Source: Octopus vulgaris
Lineage: Eukaryota
Length of the DNA: 64,000 nucleotides
Assembly (NCBI GenBank): GCA_951406725.2
Contig: OX597823.1
Location: forward strand, 74,090,001-74,154,000
Direction: 5' to 3'
A program made the translations under genes and the position numbers. Below, one piece after another: positions 56,510 through 64,000 of this stretch (its first letter is position 1; the number at the start of each line of letters is the position of its first letter). Below the pieces are notes generated by a model that did no database searches, was not told where the DNA came from, and was given only the letters and a program-made list of their open reading frames with translations.

Positions 56510-56925
56510 TATATAAATATATATGTATGTATATAAATAATTATATATATATGTGTGTGTGTGTATGAGTATATGAACAAATATCAATTCCAATATAACG
56601 TTTTGACTACAATCTCGTAATATATTGGATGATATATTAAGAATTCAGCCATACATATATACATACATACATACATACATACATATACACTCATAGAAAA
56701 CATATACACACACAATACATATATATCTACACACACACAAGTCTGCATATATTTAAGTCAGCAGAAATTGTAAACACAGAGGAGACTATTCTTAAGCGCA
56801 AAAGAAAAGTCATAGAGAAAAAAAAAAGATGTAGTTGGGGCGGATGCAGAACTCTTCAAATTTCAGTAGTCTCAAAATTAAAGGAGCCTATGTCGAAGGT
56901 TTCGGATATATATATATATATATGC

Positions 56926-56987
<62 letters not shown>

Positions 56988-57608
56988 TATATATATACAT
57001 ATATATATACATATATATATATACATATATATACATATATATATATATACATACATACATATATATATATACATACATATATACATACATATATATATAT
57101 ATATATGCATATATATGTATGTATATATATATGTATGTATATATATATATATGCATACATATATATATATTTATGAGTACACACTCATGTATGTATATAC
57201 TTATATATGCGAAGACACTAAGAATATCCACATGTACGCGCAAACATACCCCTCCCATTCAACCACACACTTACACACACAAACACACATATGTAAATAT
57301 ACTTTTATACACATGTATGTAGGAATATGTATGTGTGCGCGTATAATATAAGCATCTGAGAGACACATATGAGTTAGAGAGGTTAAAGAGGATGTATATG
57401 TATATAAACATACACACACACTTACACACACTTATATATATTCGTATGTACATGCATAAAACACAGACATATTTAATTTATATATATATATATATATAAA
57501 TATATATAAACAGTGGAGGAGAAGGTGTATATATATATATATAAATATATATATTCATAGTATATATGAATATATATTGTATATATATATATGCATATAC
57601 ATATATGC

Positions 57609-57696
<88 letters not shown>

Positions 57697-57702
57697 GAGA
57701 GA

Positions 57703-57736
<34 letters not shown>

Positions 57737-58094
57737 CGGAGAATGAGAGCGACATAGTTTAAGATAGAGTTGGCTTGTGTCTAGAAAGAATAGAGGAAAT
57801 TGGTTGAAAGAGGGGAGGAAATGTATGGGTGTTTTTCCTAAGCTACAACTCTCCGCAGACAGCCGAAATCACTTTGAAGTTGTTCAGTCGAATTTATTAC
57901 TTAATAAATCACACAGGATTTTAGCTGCTGATGTACAGTAGTAAAGAGTGGTTTGTCTTCATTATTCCCGCTCTACACAGATATCATTAGAATGCTGTTA
58001 AACGTTGTTGCTGATAATGTTCTTATTGTATTGGGCATCGTTGTTCAACCTCCCTCTCTGTTGCATACACATGTACCAACGTTCATATATACGT

Positions 58095-58187
<93 letters not shown>

Positions 58188-58480
58188 TGTAAAGAGATGC
58201 ATTTTTACATATACATGCATACATCTACATGCATACGTAGATTATATTTGCAATAAACAGGATAAAAAATACTCAATACTGAATGTAGGCTATAATTATT
58301 ATTATTATTATTATTCCCACGAAAGAACGGTTGTGTTTGAAGTCGCGGATTTACAAGCTTACTAAAACGCCATCTGAAAGTACTATTTCTTATTACACAG
58401 TACACCGTGCTACCGCGTTAAGAAGCGAGCGTGTAAACGAGAAAATTTAAGTAATGGCACCGATCGAATGCTCAGCTCGA

Positions 58481-60693
<2,213 letters not shown>

Positions 60694-60698
60694 CATAC

Positions 60699-60771
<73 letters not shown>

Positions 60772-60776
60772 CATAT

Positions 60777-60861
<85 letters not shown>

Positions 60862-60862
<1 letters not shown>

Positions 60863-60896
60863 CAAGTGGCCGCAGTATAATGACTGAAACAAGTAA

Positions 60897-60899
<3 letters not shown>
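60862..60899 (+). mobile_element. SINE A/LINE tail micro-fragment inside (TA)n
   Basis: tggccgcagtataatgactgaaacaagtaaaga. Confidence 0.65.
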
Positions 60900-60934
<35 letters not shown>

Positions 60935-61618
60935 GTGATCATGTGTATTCACGCATGAGATAATTAAGAACCTCTTTAATCTCTAGTGAACGCTGGGCCA
61001 GTGCAAGTGACATGACAAGAAAGTCTTATTAATGACCTCTTTTGATATGTGTGTTTATTTATTTATATATTCATTTAATTATTTACTTTCGAATGTCGCA
61101 TAAATTCATTTAACCTCGTGAATTCTCATTCAAAATGGAGACAAATACCAACACTCCCTAGTGGATTACTTGAATAAATGTGGAGACTCTCTCCGCTGGA
61201 AGCCATTTGTTGTCTTGGTAATCAACAAATAAACTATATGAATATAATATAATATCGAGCTGTAAGAATGAGTGTGTTGTTATTGCTGTAAATAAATATT
61301 AACAAAACTACCAATGGTTTCATGCAAAAAGATCTTTACGGTTGTCTACGAGAACCACATGAAAGTATCGGTAATTGTCTCTATTCTGAATACGAATAAC
61401 TCGTGAATTCTCGTCCAAACTTGAGACTAGCACAAATACTTCCATGTGTCACACTTGAACATCTGTGAAGGCCTCTTCCCAGGAAACCATTGATTGCCTT
61501 GTTAACCCACAAATAAAGTTTATACTTATACATACATACATAAATACATATATGCATACATGCATACATATAAATATGTATATATATATATGCATATATA
61601 TATATATATATATATGTC

Positions 61619-61664
<46 letters not shown>

Positions 61665-61786
61665 GATATATATATATATTTATGTATGCATACGTACATA
61701 TATACATAAAAACACATGCATACATATACATACTCATACACATAGACACACACATAACTGCTCATGTTGTGGAGTATGGAGTGTAT

Positions 61787-61967
61787 TGTAACTGACTGGT
61801 TATCGCGTGACTCGAATTTCTCGCATCTATGATCATTAGGCGAGAATTGTTATGATTCGGCTTGGTTTTATGCTTGTCGGCATTTGTATGATTGTTCATT
61901 TGTGTCTTTTCATTAATTTCCTTACCGAGTTTCTTTATTCTTTGCTTGCTCCTCTCCATGAGTTACA
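61787..61967. mobile_element. Possible short solo LTR
   Basis: TGTAACT...AGTTACA termini with gtat/atat flanks (3/4 match). Confidence 0.3.
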
Positions 61968-62287
61968 ATATATACATATATATATACACATGGGTGATCA
62001 TGAGTATGCATGCGTAATATATATATATATTAATAAATAAAATAAAACATATGCATATATATGAACATATATGTACGTACCTACCTCTACATGTACATAT
62101 ACACGCATATATGAGTACAGGACACCAAAAGGACGTCGAACACAATGAGAAACGAAGACATAGACACAAACCAAAGGAACTGGACATTTATTTAAAAACA
62201 GCAAAAAAAATAGAGTACAGGACAATTAACACAAAGAAAAAACCCCTTCTTCAGTCGCTAAAGGTTTCATCTACTCTAAGTTTCGAA

Positions 62288-62325
<38 letters not shown>

Positions 62326-62327
<2 letters not shown>

Positions 62328-62760
62328 TAGCTAGTGTACCAGGTAACTCGCGGAGGTAAAGATATTCTATTGAAACGCCTTATTATTCTGATATAAGAAA
62401 GTAATTTCGTTATAACTGCCACAAAGGGTGTAATTTCCGTCACGAAACAGTACAAAAAAAACACGTTTAGCTGGAGGAGGGAGAGACTGTTAGAGGTTGG
62501 CGAGAGAGGTTTTCGGAGGTCGGTGAGAAAGATTGTTGGATGTTGGTGAGAGAGTTTGTCGGAGGCTGGCGAGAGGCAAAGACATTATTCTGCTTAGCGA
62601 AGGCATATGGGAAACGTATAACTGCTGTCATTCACAGAAAATCTAATTTTTTACCGTGAGAAAAGTGCTGTTGAAGTGTTGTGAAATTTGGCAATCGAGG
62701 GTCGAATCCACGCAATGCCTGCATTAAACCACTACAAATACGTCGTGGAATAAACATTTA
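62326..62760 (-). mobile_element. Possible non-autonomous Helitron/Helentron with internal ~22-bp tandem repeats
   Basis: The minus strand ends ..CCGCGAGTTACCTGGTACACTAGCTAG|T. A minisatellite gagagagtttgtcggaggttggc occurs about 4 times at 62481-62575. Confidence 0.35.
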
Positions 62761-63359
62761 TCTACTGTTATGGAAAATATGTAATTGTAAAAATGAGGTA
62801 TTATCGGAGAAACGGGCATTCAATAAAGTATGTATGTATAGAAATGTATGAATGAAGTCATTAAGGTGTAAGATTGAAATTAAGGAAGTGCAATAATAAT
62901 GTTTAGCAGTTCAAAAAAGTGAGTAGTGAAATGCAGAATTAGGTCGAGCTCAACAAAAATATTTAGCGGCATTTAATTTGGCTTAATCTTTTTTGAGTTC
63001 AAATCCCGCCGGAGTCGACATTGCCTTTTTATGTGATTGATGTAAACGTAACCCCTTTCCCTGAAACTGCTGGCCTTATATCAACATTTGAAAACCAATA
63101 TATTTTTACAGTAGTTACTGATATTCATGTTATATTGTAAGTTTTGTTTCTTTGCGTTGTTATTGCTGTAGTTTTGGGAAAATTAAAGCTCTTTCAGTTC
63201 AAGTAAAAAAAAAACAAACAAACAACAAAGAAAGAAAAAAACACTCGTCAATTACACACAGTCCCTCTAAAGCGGACATCAATAAATTCTACCCTTTTCC
63301 ATAGAAAGGGATTTTAAGTCTTAAGAAAGAGACAGTCTTCTCAATACTGGGGATGTTTA

Positions 63360-63570
63360 AGGCGGCGGACTGGCAGAATAGTTAGCAAGCCAGGCAAAAT
63401 ACTTAACGGCATTCCGTCCTTGTTTACGTTCTCAGTTCACATTCTGCCGAGGTCGACTTCACTTTTCATCCCTTCGAGGTCGATAAAATAAGTACCGGTT
63501 GAGTACTGGGGTCGTTAACATCGATCTTCTTCCTCTCCAGAAATTGCTGGCTTTGTGACAAAGATTGAAA
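63360..63570 (+). mobile_element. SINE family B (diverged, near full-length)
   Basis: ggcggcggactggcagaatagttagc...gaggtcgacttcacttttcatcccttcgaggtcgataaaataagtaccgg. Confidence 0.8.
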
Positions 63571-64000
63571 TTTTCATTGGAGATATTAAATGCATTACTA
63601 CCTAGGAGAGTGTATAGTTTATTTTGCATATTCTACCATCAATAAACAGGTAGGGGAGGTTTTAGGTGTTTAGCGTCAGCGACCTTGAATATCAGTAACA
63701 GTCTCACTGGATTTACATGATACGTACTATAACAAATCTATCCATTTTCGATGGAGGCATAAAAAGAAAGGAGAGAAGTCATAACAGCAGTATGTATTGA
63801 GAAATGTGTAAATAGTCTTGATAGATTACTGGGTGACGTCTAAGAGAAATCACATTATTGTTGGGGATACAACATTCTATTGCAGCTATATGACGTGTGT
63901 TTGCGGCTAAGTAACATGTGATGACAATTCACTCCTGAACAGAAATATGGGTTCCCAGCCTCTGTATCATGAATGGTTATGTGGACCACTCCTAATGAAA

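Noticed and set aside
60600-60782. N-terminus and start codon of the 458-aa RT ORF
   Set aside because: Derived from the flanking (TA)n array; the LINE is 5'-truncated at ~60599.
62481-62575. CRISPR-like periodic repeat
   Set aside because: Contiguous ~22-bp minisatellite with no unique spacers, in a eukaryotic context with no cas genes.

Overview
Very AT-rich eukaryotic (metazoan) genomic DNA saturated with di-, tri- and tetranucleotide microsatellites. The repeat content suggests an octopus/coleoid cephalopod (inference, not verified). No confident host protein-coding gene is present, and almost all ORF-track calls are microsatellite artefacts. The window is a transposon mosaic: at least five tRNA-headed SINE families, CR1-group LINE fragments (one with an uninterrupted ~397-codon RT/C-terminal frame), RTE and Penelope fragments, three decayed Tc1/mariner elements, a DUF4817-type deletion derivative, a Tigger remnant and a Tc2-like MITE. 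The most notable observations are: (1) about ten minimal hammerhead-ribozyme-like motifs in short non-coding repeats, some in fold-back arrangements; (2) a covarying 3'-terminal stem-loop shared by several LINE families and the main SINE; (3) repeated placement of these elements inside (TA)n arrays; (4) a duplicated U2 snRNA 5' fragment; and (5) a candidate signal-peptide exon with an in-frame TAG at codon 3. All coordinates were read by eye and may be off by a few bases.
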